Part shown: piece after piece, positions 48,288 to 56,607 of the stretch
Layout of the letters: each line of letters starts with the position of its first letter
How positions within the stretch are numbered: position 1 is the first letter of the stretch
Origin: Candidatus Bathyarchaeum sp.
Lineage (GTDB): Archaea > Thermoproteota > Bathyarchaeia > Bathyarchaeales > Bathyarchaeaceae
NCBI GenBank assembly: GCA_020344315.1
Contig: CP070820.1
Location: 30,682-94,681 of the forward strand
Reading direction: 5' to 3'
Length of the DNA stretch: 64,000 nucleotides
Program-made: the position numbers and the translations under genes
The notes under the pieces: model-generated
The model's input: only the letters and a program-made list of their open reading frames with translations
The model's database searches: none
Told to the model about the DNA's origin: nothing

Positions 48288-49469
48288 TTGATTTCTCCTT
48301 CGTTTAAAAGGAAAACCGAAAGTCGTGGGAGTGAATGTAGAGTTTGCGGCAAGAAATCTAAGCTTACTGCAGAATCTTTGAAGATTTGTGTGCAGTGTCT
48401 ACGTGAAAGACCTGAAGATTCTCTACCTTACATAAGGGAAGCGCATGCAAAGGCAAGATCTCGTTATGGTTTGCTAACCACTCCTCCTAGAAGCCCAGAG
48501 GGAATCCTATGCAACATCTGTGCTAACGAGTGCAGAATAGGGAACGGAGAGAATAGCTACTGTGGTCTCAAAAGAAATGTTAATGGACGACTGGAGTCGC
48601 TGACAAGCCCAAAAATTGGAATCTTACATTCATATTTAGACAGTCAAGTGACGAACTGTTGTGCCGCGTGGTTCTGTCCCGCCGGAACGAGCTCTGGATA
48701 TCCAGAATATACCTACAAGCCAGGACCTGAATATGGTTACTATAATTTAGCTGTCTTTTTTTATGGTTGCAACTTTGATTGTCTCTTCTGCCAGAACTCG
48801 TCCCACAAGAACTTTTTGTCAGGAGAAGCCGTTACTGTGGAAGAGCTCGTCGAAAAGACTAGAAGCAATAGGCGTATCTCCTGTGTGTGTTTCTTCGGAG
48901 GATCTCCAGAACCTCAACTTCCCTTTGCACTTAAGGCTTCAAGAGCGGTGTTGGATGAATTGCCTGAAAGAATACTGCGGATATGTTTTGAGTGGAATGG
49001 GTGTGGAAATCCCAAGCTTGTCCGCAAAGCTGCAGAGCTTGCTTTAGTGAGCGGGGGAAACATCAAGTTTGACTTTAAATGCTTTGATTCTACCCTAAGT
49101 ATTGCTCTTAGCGGGGTCTCAAATGAGAGAGCTTACGAGAACTTTAAGATGGTCGCTCAGGACTTCTATCCTCAGAGACCGGGCCTTCCAATGCTGACGG
49201 CAACCACTCTCCTGGTTCCTAGATACGTGGATTCCATTGAAGTTGAACAGATCGCAGAGTTTATTGCAGGTTTCGATCCAGACATCCCATATAGCCTGCT
49301 GGTTTTTCATCCAGACTTCCTTATGGCTGATCTATCTACCACATCTTTAGAACAGGCAGCAGAATGCTACAGATCAGCCAAGAAACACCTCAAGAGAGTA
49401 AATGTAGGAAATTTACACCTGCTAGGCATGAAAAGTATGGAACAGTTTAAAACGAAAATTAGCCACTAA
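48288..49469 (+). CDS. Radical SAM enzyme (PflA/activase-like) with N-terminal zinc-ribbon extension
   Basis: CRVCGKK...CVQC ribbon and the radical SAM cluster motif FFYGCNFDCLFCQN. Confidence 0.75.
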   Translation: MISPSFKRKTESRGSECRVCGKKSKLTAESLKICVQCLRERPEDSLPYIREAHAKARSRYGLLTTPPRSPEGILCNICANECRIGNGENSYCGLKRNVNGRLESLTSPKIGILHSYLDSQVTNCCAAWFCPAGTSSGYPEYTYKPGPEYGYYNLAVFFYGCNFDCLFCQNSSHKNFLSGEAVTVEELVEKTRSNRRISCVCFFGGSPEPQLPFALKASRAVLDELPERILRICFEWNGCGNPKLVRKAAELALVSGGNIKFDFKCFDSTLSIALSGVSNERAYENFKMVAQDFYPQRPGLPMLTATTLLVPRYVDSIEVEQIAEFIAGFDPDIPYSLLVFHPDFLMADLSTTSLEQAAECYRSAKKHLKRVNVGNLHLLGMKSMEQFKTKISH

Positions 49470-49569
49470 ACAGCTTAGTCCTTACATGCGCGCGCATTCT
49501 GATGCATGAAGTAAAATGTCTTTCTGAGACAGAATAGATAACAAAATCCAAAAATCTCTGGTGGTTTAG

Positions 49570-49812
49570 CTACTGAACTGCCTCTACCTTGACTACTTCG
49601 GGTATCCTTTTCTTGAGGAAGTTTTCGACGCCCCATTGTAGGGTCATTGTTGACATTGGACATCCGCTGCATGATCCCTTCAGTTTCACTTTCACAATAC
49701 CGTTATCAAATCCAACGAATTCTATGTCTCCACCATCAGCCTGCAATTGAGGTCTCACTTCATCAAGAGCTTTTTTCACCCGGTCATCTAGTGTTTCACT
49801 CATACCATCCAC
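49570..49812 (-). CDS. NifU C-terminal (Nfu-type) Fe-S assembly domain protein
   Basis: VKKALDEVRPQLQADGGDIEFVGFDNGIVKVKLKGSCSGCPMSTMTL. Confidence 0.85.
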   Translation of the reverse strand: MDGMSETLDDRVKKALDEVRPQLQADGGDIEFVGFDNGIVKVKLKGSCSGCPMSTMTLQWGVENFLKKRIPEVVKVEAVQ

Positions 49813-50143
49813 CTAAAAACCCTAGTGAAAAGCCCAAAATATAAACTTTCATAAAATCTAGCTTTTTCACGCAGCTGCAAAAAGAGCAATGTGGAACACA
49901 ACAAAATGGAGGTCGTGGCAAAGCGGAGAGGTCCTCAGACTCGCCTATAATAACCGGAGTGAACATGACAGTTACAGTAGCTAGAAATTTAACCAAAAAA
50001 AGTCTTCTTACTCAACAATTCAGTTGCAACGTTACAGAAAAGCCAGTTAATTGAAGTTTGCTACTTTTACTTTCACTCTAGTCTGTTCAGGATAGTCTTG
50101 TTCGTTGAAGCGCTTGTCTTTTAAGCCTCTTCCATGGAACAAG

Positions 50144-50308
50144 ATGATCGGTGAGGAATTGGAGAGATTTCGTTGCCGAAGAGCCTTCCAAGATGTTCTA
50201 AGACAATGTAAAGAGACAACGAGAAAATTTGAAGGCTCAGAAGAAACGTTACAACACATTCTTCGAGTAAAGGAAACTTTGGAGAGACTGGTGGCTGAAC
50301 TAAACTAG
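50144..50308 (+). CDS. Possible small helical protein (54 aa)
   Basis: MIGEELERFRCRRAFQDVLRQCKETTRKFEGSEETLQHILRVKETLERLVAELN has helical heptad character. No family recognised, and it could be non-coding. Confidence 0.3.
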   Translation: MIGEELERFRCRRAFQDVLRQCKETTRKFEGSEETLQHILRVKETLERLVAELN

Positions 50309-50360
50309 CAGAAAGATTTTTAGCTCCAAGGAAACCTGTCAAGAGATAAAAACAAAAATA

Positions 50361-51191
50361 GTGTTGACCATGAAATTCGTTGACGCTCACATTCACCTTT
50401 CAGACAGCGATTACGTACAGAAAGTTGGAGAAATGATAGAAGACGCGAAAAAATCAAACGTTATTGCTTTGGTCTCAAATTCCATGGACTTAGAGACAAG
50501 TCATCAAAGCCTTCGGTTAGCTGAGGAATATCCTGATCAGGTATACGCTGCTCTAGGAATTCATCCTTGGAACACCAAAAACCTACCCGCCAACGAATTA
50601 CAAGAGACAATCAATCTGATTCACCAAAATGGAGAGAACAGGGAAAGAGTAGTTGCTGTTGGGGAGATAGGATTAGATTCCAGCTACTCGGGAAGCGGAG
50701 AACCCACAGAAACCCAGATGCAGGTCTTCCACAAACTGATGTCCACGGCTGAAAAATTATCTTTACCCATAATAATACATTCTAGAGGAACCACAAGCCA
50801 GATTGTGAGCCTTCTCCCATCCTACAAAATCAAAAAAGTTCTGCTGCACTGGTTCAGCCAACCCCACAGCCTAATATCAAAAATCGTAGACCACGGATAC
50901 TACATCACCGAAGGCCCGCCCTCAATATTTTCAACGGGCATCCGCGAGGTCATTAGGCGCATACCCTTAACGAATCTTATGACAGAAACGGATGGACCTG
51001 TCCGTTTCAGAGGTCCATTTAAAGGTAAGATGACTACGCCTGCTTTCATTCCCACGGTAGTTGAAGCCATAGCTCAGCTTAAGGGAAAGGAGAAAAGTGA
51101 AGTTGCCGACCAGATTTTCAAGAATTTCACAGAGTTTTTTGGAGTGGAAGGCGTAAGGGATAAAAGGCATGATGAGGGGATTGATGTCTAA
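50361..51191 (+). CDS. TatD-family metal-dependent hydrolase (DNase)
   Basis: FVDAHIHL...AALGIHPW...VAVGEIGLD...IIIHSR...LLHWFS...ETDGP. Confidence 0.85.
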   Translation: MLTMKFVDAHIHLSDSDYVQKVGEMIEDAKKSNVIALVSNSMDLETSHQSLRLAEEYPDQVYAALGIHPWNTKNLPANELQETINLIHQNGENRERVVAVGEIGLDSSYSGSGEPTETQMQVFHKLMSTAEKLSLPIIIHSRGTTSQIVSLLPSYKIKKVLLHWFSQPHSLISKIVDHGYYITEGPPSIFSTGIREVIRRIPLTNLMTETDGPVRFRGPFKGKMTTPAFIPTVVEAIAQLKGKEKSEVADQIFKNFTEFFGVEGVRDKRHDEGIDV

Positions 51192-51231
51192 AGAAGTGAA
51201 GGAACCGCTTACATGGAGGACAGGATGAGAT

Positions 51232-51447
51232 TTGGGGAAAGTGCGAACTGAGCAGGTGAAGAGGATAGCTAGAGAGCTGTTAGAGCGGTATCCAGGCAAA
51301 TTTACAGCGGATTTTGAAAACAACAAAAAACTTGTGGATGCCCTCACCAACATTTCGTCAACGAAACTAAGAAACAGGGTAGCTGGTTACACCGCCCGAT
51401 TGGCAAGCATGATTCATGGTTCTGAAGCTCCCGAAGCTGAGGAATAA
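51232..51447 (+). CDS. rps17e: 30S ribosomal protein S17e
   Basis: (M)[34 protein letters not shown]...[14 protein letters not shown] start. Confidence 0.9.
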   Translation: MGKVRTEQVKRIARELLERYPGKFTADFENNKKLVDALTNISSTKLRNRVAGYTARLASMIHGSEAPEAEE

Positions 51448-51564
51448 AGGAGTTTTACGAAGATGAATGTTAGTTCCTTCTTTCGTTAAGTTCTGTCAAA
51501 TCTTTTTTAATCACTTACGTATCTCATGAATAACTGAACAGGCGGGTAGAAAGAGGCAATCGGA

Positions 51565-51948
51565 TTGTCAACGATTGATGGTTTTCGAAAAGGCTGGGCT
51601 ATACGCTATCTCAGAGAAGCAAAGGCAGAGTTGACCGCGGCTAAAAAAACGCCTTACATGGCGGCAGGTTTTATCATGGAAGCCTTGACGAAAGCCCAAG
51701 CATCTATTTACTATAGTTTGGGGGATCCCGCTTTTATCGTGCCGATAGTCCATGAGACCCTCCACACAGGACAGGATGTTAAAGAGCCGATTTTGAACTT
51801 GCTCGTCGAAATCGAAAAAACCCTCCAACAATTGGCACATAACCCCACATCGGATAACGAAAAGACACTGGCTCAGGTGAGCGATATAATTGAATTCGCA
51901 TCGGAGATAGTGGAGCTTTTCGGAGGCGAAACCCCTCCGCAGTTATGA
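51565..51948 (+). CDS. Hypothetical all-helical protein (possibly HEPN-like)
   Basis: GWAIRYLREAKAELTAAKK...ALTKAQASIYYSLG resembles the first HEPN helices, but I cannot see an R-x4-6-H motif. Confidence 0.4.
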   Translation: MSTIDGFRKGWAIRYLREAKAELTAAKKTPYMAAGFIMEALTKAQASIYYSLGDPAFIVPIVHETLHTGQDVKEPILNLLVEIEKTLQQLAHNPTSDNEKTLAQVSDIIEFASEIVELFGGETPPQL

Positions 51949-51957
51949 GAGATAGCT

Positions 51958-52251
51958 ATGGTTGTTAATGTAGAAGTTAGGTTTTTAGGAATATTCCAAC
52001 GGCTTTCCGGCAAAAAACGCTTTCAGGTGAAGCTGGTGGAACCTGTAACCGTCAGAAAAGTCATAATGAAGCTTACGGAAAATTTTTCATCCGAGTTCAA
52101 GCAAGCCTTACTTGATTCAGAGCTTGAGGACCCCAGACAAAACTCTCTCATTCTCGTGGGAGGGAAGGAGATAAGTGCGTTACAAGGGCTTGAGACTGAA
52201 GTCAAAGACTGTGAGGAAGTTGTTTTGGTTCCGATGGTTCATGGTGGTTGA
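51958..52251 (+). CDS. MoaD/ThiS-family ubiquitin-like protein (SAMP-like) ending in Gly-Gly
   Basis: 97-aa beta-grasp-sized protein. The C-terminus is ...VVLVPMVHGG followed immediately by the stop. Confidence 0.75.
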   Translation: MVVNVEVRFLGIFQRLSGKKRFQVKLVEPVTVRKVIMKLTENFSSEFKQALLDSELEDPRQNSLILVGGKEISALQGLETEVKDCEEVVLVPMVHGG

Positions 52252-52257
52252 CTGTAT

Positions 52258-52419
52258 TCATCTCGTCTTCTCTTGTTTCTCAATCAGGCGCTTGAGGCGT
52301 TTCTCCATATTCAACTCATGTGTATGTTCTTCAGGAGGGGGAGGCAACTGTCTCAGATATTCTTCGACTGAAATTTCTTTGCTGCTCGTTGCCTTCTTTT
52401 GCTTTCTTTCTTTTGGCAT
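52258..52419 (-). CDS. Unlisted 53-aa Lys/Glu-rich ORF
   Basis: Hand translation gives MPKERKQKKATSSKEISVEEYLRQLPPPPEEHTHELNMEKRLKRLIEKQEKTR. It converges on the MoaD-like gene. The palindrome GCAGATAAATCTGC lies 24 nt upstream of its ATG. Confidence 0.3.
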   Translation of the reverse strand: MPKERKQKKATSSKEISVEEYLRQLPPPPEEHTHELNMEKRLKRLIEKQEKTR

Positions 52420-52714
52420 ATTTTGAGACAATGATGAAAACTGCAGATAAATCTGCTGTCCCCTGTCTTTCAGCTCAATTGTAGCCTTAACATAACCTGT
52501 TTTATTCGGCTACGTGAAAAATTACAGGAAAGAAAGAGTGAAATGCGCTTTAATAGCCCATTCCTTTTATATGCTTAATATATTCACAGACCAAAAATTC
52601 AAACTAATGTTGATAGCTGCAAAAGAATCTGTCAAAAATCGCTCTCCTTACCCAATCTTATGCCAACTCTCATTTTGATAACATATATAGATTACAAATC
52701 CAATATACCCGATT

Positions 52715-52882
52715 GCCCGATTTGGGGAGCACGCTTGGATAGGTCGGCTAGGCACGGTTGGTTGCCCAGTAGTTGACTATAGTCTGTCTCGTGTGATTGC
52801 ATCAACTGAGGCGGGTTGTTGCTGACAACTGGATGGCTGGCTATGCTTTGTTGGTCTGCCTCGGCTTCGACCCATCTCGGGC
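52715..52882 (+). ncRNA. Candidate structured non-coding RNA, class unknown
   Basis: A visibly G+C-rich island in A/T-rich, ORF-free DNA. ATATATA (52683-52689) lies about 25-30 nt upstream, and TTTCTATTTC follows. The termini pair (GCCCGA 52715-20 with UCGGGC 52877-82). Further helices are 52739-54/52857-75, 52765-76/52802-15 and the hairpin 52816-29. Strand is inferred from the TATA box and T-tract. Confidence 0.4.
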
Positions 52883-52973
52883 ATTTCTATTTCAGGAAAA
52901 AAATGCTGTGCCTAATTGCTAGGTCATGCAACAAAAGGAAAACATGATTGAAGTTAACAATAGATGCTTTTGT

Positions 52974-53471
52974 TTATTTCATAGAAAGGTGTAGTTGCTT
53001 TGCCATGACAAAGGCGTCTTCTTTGTCTGCATAGTAGTTTCTAATTGTACGTGTGATTTCAAATCCCAATTTCTTGTAAAGCTCAATAGCGGGTAAATTG
53101 CTTGTCCTGACCTCCAAGTAACACTCCTTTGCCTTGTAGCTTGCCATGGCTTGCATCGTCTCCTGCATAAGCGCCTGAGCGATTCCTTTCCGCTGATGTT
53201 TGGGCAAGACAGCGATGGAGATCACATGGCCCTTCCTTGTTATTCCCAGCATTTTAAAACTTGGAATTCCGGTTTCGATGCGGCACATAATGTAGCCCAC
53301 TATCTCTACGTTGGTTTCAGCGATGATGAATGTTTCTGGGAAGCGTTTGTATAAATTCATGAAAAAGAGGGTGGTGTAGTTTTCGGGAAGACATTCTCGG
53401 TTTATTCGAATTACCCAGTCTAAATCAGAGGGCTTAAACCGTCGAAGCCTATAGTTAGCCTTCAAAACCAT
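52974..53471 (-). CDS. rimI: GNAT N-acetyltransferase (RimI / archaeal Ard1-like)
   Basis: VISIAVLPKHQRKGIAQALM...CYLEVRTSNLPAIELYKKLGF carries the acetyl-CoA binding Q/RxxGxA motif. Confidence 0.85.
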   Translation of the reverse strand: MVLKANYRLRRFKPSDLDWVIRINRECLPENYTTLFFMNLYKRFPETFIIAETNVEIVGYIMCRIETGIPSFKMLGITRKGHVISIAVLPKHQRKGIAQALMQETMQAMASYKAKECYLEVRTSNLPAIELYKKLGFEITRTIRNYYADKEDAFVMAKQLHLSMK

Positions 53472-53642
53472 GGGTCAACCACGCCTTCTCCGCTTTTATA
53501 TTCAATCAACATCAGGTTGGAAGGGTTGTAAGTAAACAAAAGTAAATATACTTTTTTGTAGGGAGTTCTGTAAAGTTATCGCTTTATTGTCTCTTTTAGG
53601 TAAGCTTTCAAGAATCGGTTGGTTGTGAAGAAAAAATGGGAG

Positions 53643-54719
53643 TTAACGTAAGACTTCTGGGATATAGGCGCATGCGGGATCAGATTCAAAGATGTCTCCA
53701 GTGTAATATTCGGCTCTTGTTCTGCAGCCGCCGCATATTTCACGGTATTCGCATACTCCGCATCTGCCTTTGAGGTTGCGTTTATCCCTGAGCTTCAGAT
53801 AGAATTCGTCATGTTGTAGGTCGTCCCAGATTTCTCTGAGGCTTTTATTTTTCAGGTTCTCCAATTTCAGGTGTTCATTGAATCCACAGGGTTTTACGTC
53901 TCCATTCGGAGATATGCTGACATAGTGACCATCTATACTACATTTACCCAGAAAATCGTTGACGTACCAATCCCAGAAATTAGGCATTCCCCGCTCTCTG
54001 ACTACACGAGCGTAGAAGGGGCTATACACTTTGATATCGACTTTCCCTTTGTACTCTTGATACAAATCGTAGACATGGTTCCACAGCCATTCGTATTCTT
54101 CAGGCGAAGGAGCAAGTTCAATGTTGTATTTTCCGTTTCCTACTGGAACGTAGTTGTGAATAACTAAGCGTTTGGCATTATATTCGCCGGCTACATCGAC
54201 TAGGTAATCCATTTCTTTAAGGTTAAGTTTTGTAACTGTTGTAACCAGACAATCGAGGAGTCCTACTTTTGATAGCTTTTGAACTGCAGCTAATGCTTGC
54301 TTATGTTCACCCTTTCCCCTAAGCTTATCTTGTACTAACTCAGGACCATCCAAACTAATGGATGTTAAAACGTCTTCTTTTATAAGCCTGTTATAAATCT
54401 CTCCGTCAACAAAAAGACCGTTTGTAATCAGGCTTACGTTCATACCTAATTGGTTTGCGTAACGGATTGGTTCAAAAATATCTCCGCGTGTTAATGGTTC
54501 GCCGCCACTCAATCCAAACCAAGTAGCCCCGAAGTCATATATTTCATCTACTACGTGCAATGCGCCTTTTACATCTATTTCGTCAGGGCCTGGACGCTTC
54601 GGAAGGTCTCCGCCTCTAAAACTGCAATACATGCAATTGAGATTACAGCCGTGAGTACACCGCCAAACCATAATAAACATAGGTCCTTTATTTATCGAGG
54701 CTTGCCCGATCTCAATCAC
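53643..54719 (-). CDS. Radical SAM / SPASM-domain enzyme (AhbD/NirJ-like by C-terminal motif)
   Basis: CTHGCNLNCMYCSF cluster, GGEPL, and the SPASM tail CGFNE...GRCGVCEYREICGGCRTRAEYYTGDIFESDPACAY. Confidence 0.85.
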   Translation of the reverse strand: MIEIGQASINKGPMFIMVWRCTHGCNLNCMYCSFRGGDLPKRPGPDEIDVKGALHVVDEIYDFGATWFGLSGGEPLTRGDIFEPIRYANQLGMNVSLITNGLFVDGEIYNRLIKEDVLTSISLDGPELVQDKLRGKGEHKQALAAVQKLSKVGLLDCLVTTVTKLNLKEMDYLVDVAGEYNAKRLVIHNYVPVGNGKYNIELAPSPEEYEWLWNHVYDLYQEYKGKVDIKVYSPFYARVVRERGMPNFWDWYVNDFLGKCSIDGHYVSISPNGDVKPCGFNEHLKLENLKNKSLREIWDDLQHDEFYLKLRDKRNLKGRCGVCEYREICGGCRTRAEYYTGDIFESDPACAYIPEVLR

Positions 54720-54798
54720 ATTGTTCCCTCGCGCAAGATTTTCTAATTTCGCTTATTCTTTATTCATTATATTCTGAATACGGCATAAAAGCGTTTTT

Positions 54799-54902
54799 GT
54801 CAAGGTTTCTTGACCTATTTAAAATGCGTGAGCAAATCTTAGTCAAGGTTTCTTGACTAAAAAAATTACTTTGCATTACCGTTTTTGTCAAGTTTTCTTG
54901 AC
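54799..54902 (+). promoter_or_regulatory. Operator triplet: GTCAAGGTTTCTTGAC x2 and GTCAAGTTTTCTTGAC
   Basis: Copies at 54799-54814, 54842-54857 and 54887-54902 (starts 43 and 45 bp apart), in the divergent gap between the radical SAM/SPASM gene and the Kelch gene. The proximal copy ends 35 nt before the TTG at 54938. Confidence 0.7.
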
Positions 54903-54937
54903 AAAAAAGCTTTTGATGATAATTAAATTAGGTATTA

Positions 54938-56470
54938 TTGGTGCCCATGATGAGAGAAAAAAGGGCAACGCTCATTCTGCTGCTGATTCTCTGTTTTCCA
55001 ATTGTTGCTCTTCCGAACACTGAGATTGCTAGTGCAACCGAGGATTCTTGGACAACAATGGAGCCTATGCCTACGGCGAGAGCTTGGCTTGGGGTTGCTG
55101 TTGTAGACGGGAAGATATTCGCAATTTATAGTGGAATTAATTATGATTATGATCCATCAACAAACTCGTGGACTACAAAGACGCCAATGCCAACTCCAAG
55201 GAGTAGTTTTGGAATAGCTGTTGTTGAAAACAAAATATATGTAATTGGAGGATCAACAGGCGATTATAACTATACTAATGTAAACGAAGTCTATGACCCA
55301 TCCACCGATACATGGGAAACAAAAACATCAATGCCTACAATTAGACATGCTTTGGACGCAAATGTTGTTAACGGCAAAATCTACTTGATAGGAGGAGGGC
55401 AGCGTACTCCCAATGATGATTCAAGTATGTATACTTATGTAGATGATGATAATGTTTCAAGGTCCTTCACAACCATTTTTAATATGTTGCGTAATTATAA
55501 TCCTGATGGTGTTAGGGATCATATTTGGGATATTTATGATTTGTTTATGGGATTTTTCGAAGAAGACCATTGGACGCTTGAGCACGTTTTTGATGTTTAT
55601 ACACTTCATGGAATAGAAATTCCGGGTATCCCCTCAGCGCCTACGATTACAGTTTCTCCATACAATCAGTATATGGATATAGGAACTAGTTCGTCAGTTT
55701 CATATTCTATAACTGTAACAAACACAGCATCAATATCAGATACTTATGAGCTTGAAGTTTTACCCAGATTTTCACGTGCGAATGCGCATTTACCAAGAGT
55801 TTTTACTACGGATAGCCAATATGATTTAGTATATGAAAACGAGTTGACAATAGGCCCCAATCAAGGTACTACAACAACCCTCACTGTGAATAGACTTAAT
55901 CCACTTGACCAACCGTGCCTTTTGGGAACGGATACGTTTCGTGTAAAAGTAACATCAAAAACCACTGGTTTCGACGAAAGTGCAACTTGTATTTTACAAG
56001 TTGATTATCAACCAACTTACCTTTCGATACCTGAAGGCGGCTTAGCAGTAGATATTAACCCTAAACGCATTCATTTGAGTGAAGAACCAACGTATTTTGA
56101 GGTAACCTTATTCAATAATCAGAATTTTGATGATGTTATATGTGCCAAAGTTGATGTTGATGGGATTTTATCAGAATACCAAGCTTTAAGCTATTGGATT
56201 AGGGATGAAGTAGATTATCAGGATTATTATGCTATGGTTTGGAATGAGGAACGAATCTATATACCAGCAAAGGACTCCTTTACTCTGCCGTTAAGTGTGA
56301 ATACAAATTTGTACTTACTCTTATGGGGCACTACCAAAACGTTATGGGCAACATGGAATCCTCAAAATGGCAATGAATTTCGGGTCTTCAGAATAACTGC
56401 CACGTCACAAAAAAATCCTAGCGTTACAGCTCAAGATTCAGGAATTCTAACGAAAGACGTTAGTAGTTAG
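54938..56470 (+). CDS. Secreted Kelch-repeat protein with a C-terminal domain of about 280 aa, unassigned
   Basis: Its signal peptide is homologous to that of 14370-15926. It has 3-4 Kelch units (SWTTKTPMPTPRSSFGIAVVENKIYVIGG; TWETKTSMPTIRHALDANVVNGKIYLIGG). No C-terminal anchor. Confidence 0.75.
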   Translation: MVPMMREKRATLILLLILCFPIVALPNTEIASATEDSWTTMEPMPTARAWLGVAVVDGKIFAIYSGINYDYDPSTNSWTTKTPMPTPRSSFGIAVVENKIYVIGGSTGDYNYTNVNEVYDPSTDTWETKTSMPTIRHALDANVVNGKIYLIGGGQRTPNDDSSMYTYVDDDNVSRSFTTIFNMLRNYNPDGVRDHIWDIYDLFMGFFEEDHWTLEHVFDVYTLHGIEIPGIPSAPTITVSPYNQYMDIGTSSSVSYSITVTNTASISDTYELEVLPRFSRANAHLPRVFTTDSQYDLVYENELTIGPNQGTTTTLTVNRLNPLDQPCLLGTDTFRVKVTSKTTGFDESATCILQVDYQPTYLSIPEGGLAVDINPKRIHLSEEPTYFEVTLFNNQNFDDVICAKVDVDGILSEYQALSYWIRDEVDYQDYYAMVWNEERIYIPAKDSFTLPLSVNTNLYLLLWGTTKTLWATWNPQNGNEFRVFRITATSQKNPSVTAQDSGILTKDVSS

Positions 56471-56607
56471 GGTGCATGCGCGCATATTTATAGTGTCTTA
56501 CTCCTTTTAAGATACTCTATATTGGATGTATAAACAATGCATTTTGTCCCATCCCCTTAAACCGAACACACCTCGTTATCATTCGCAACTGGGGTGACTT
56601 CAAAAGA

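Noticed and set aside
49796-50396. Several 66-91 aa ORFs on both strands between the NifU-like and TatD genes.
   Set aside because: They are mutually overlapping and lack motifs. Only the 54-aa helical frame from 50144 looks at all protein-like, and it is reported with low confidence.
52715-52882. I tried to assign the structured region to SRP RNA, RNase P RNA, C/D or H/ACA sRNA, or a tRNA-like element.
   Set aside because: I could not find the diagnostic motifs: GGAAAGUCC / ACAGAAA, the helix-8 GNRA with AGCA/GGAA loops, properly spaced RUGAUGA...CUGA, or a terminal ACA box. It stays unclassified rather than named.
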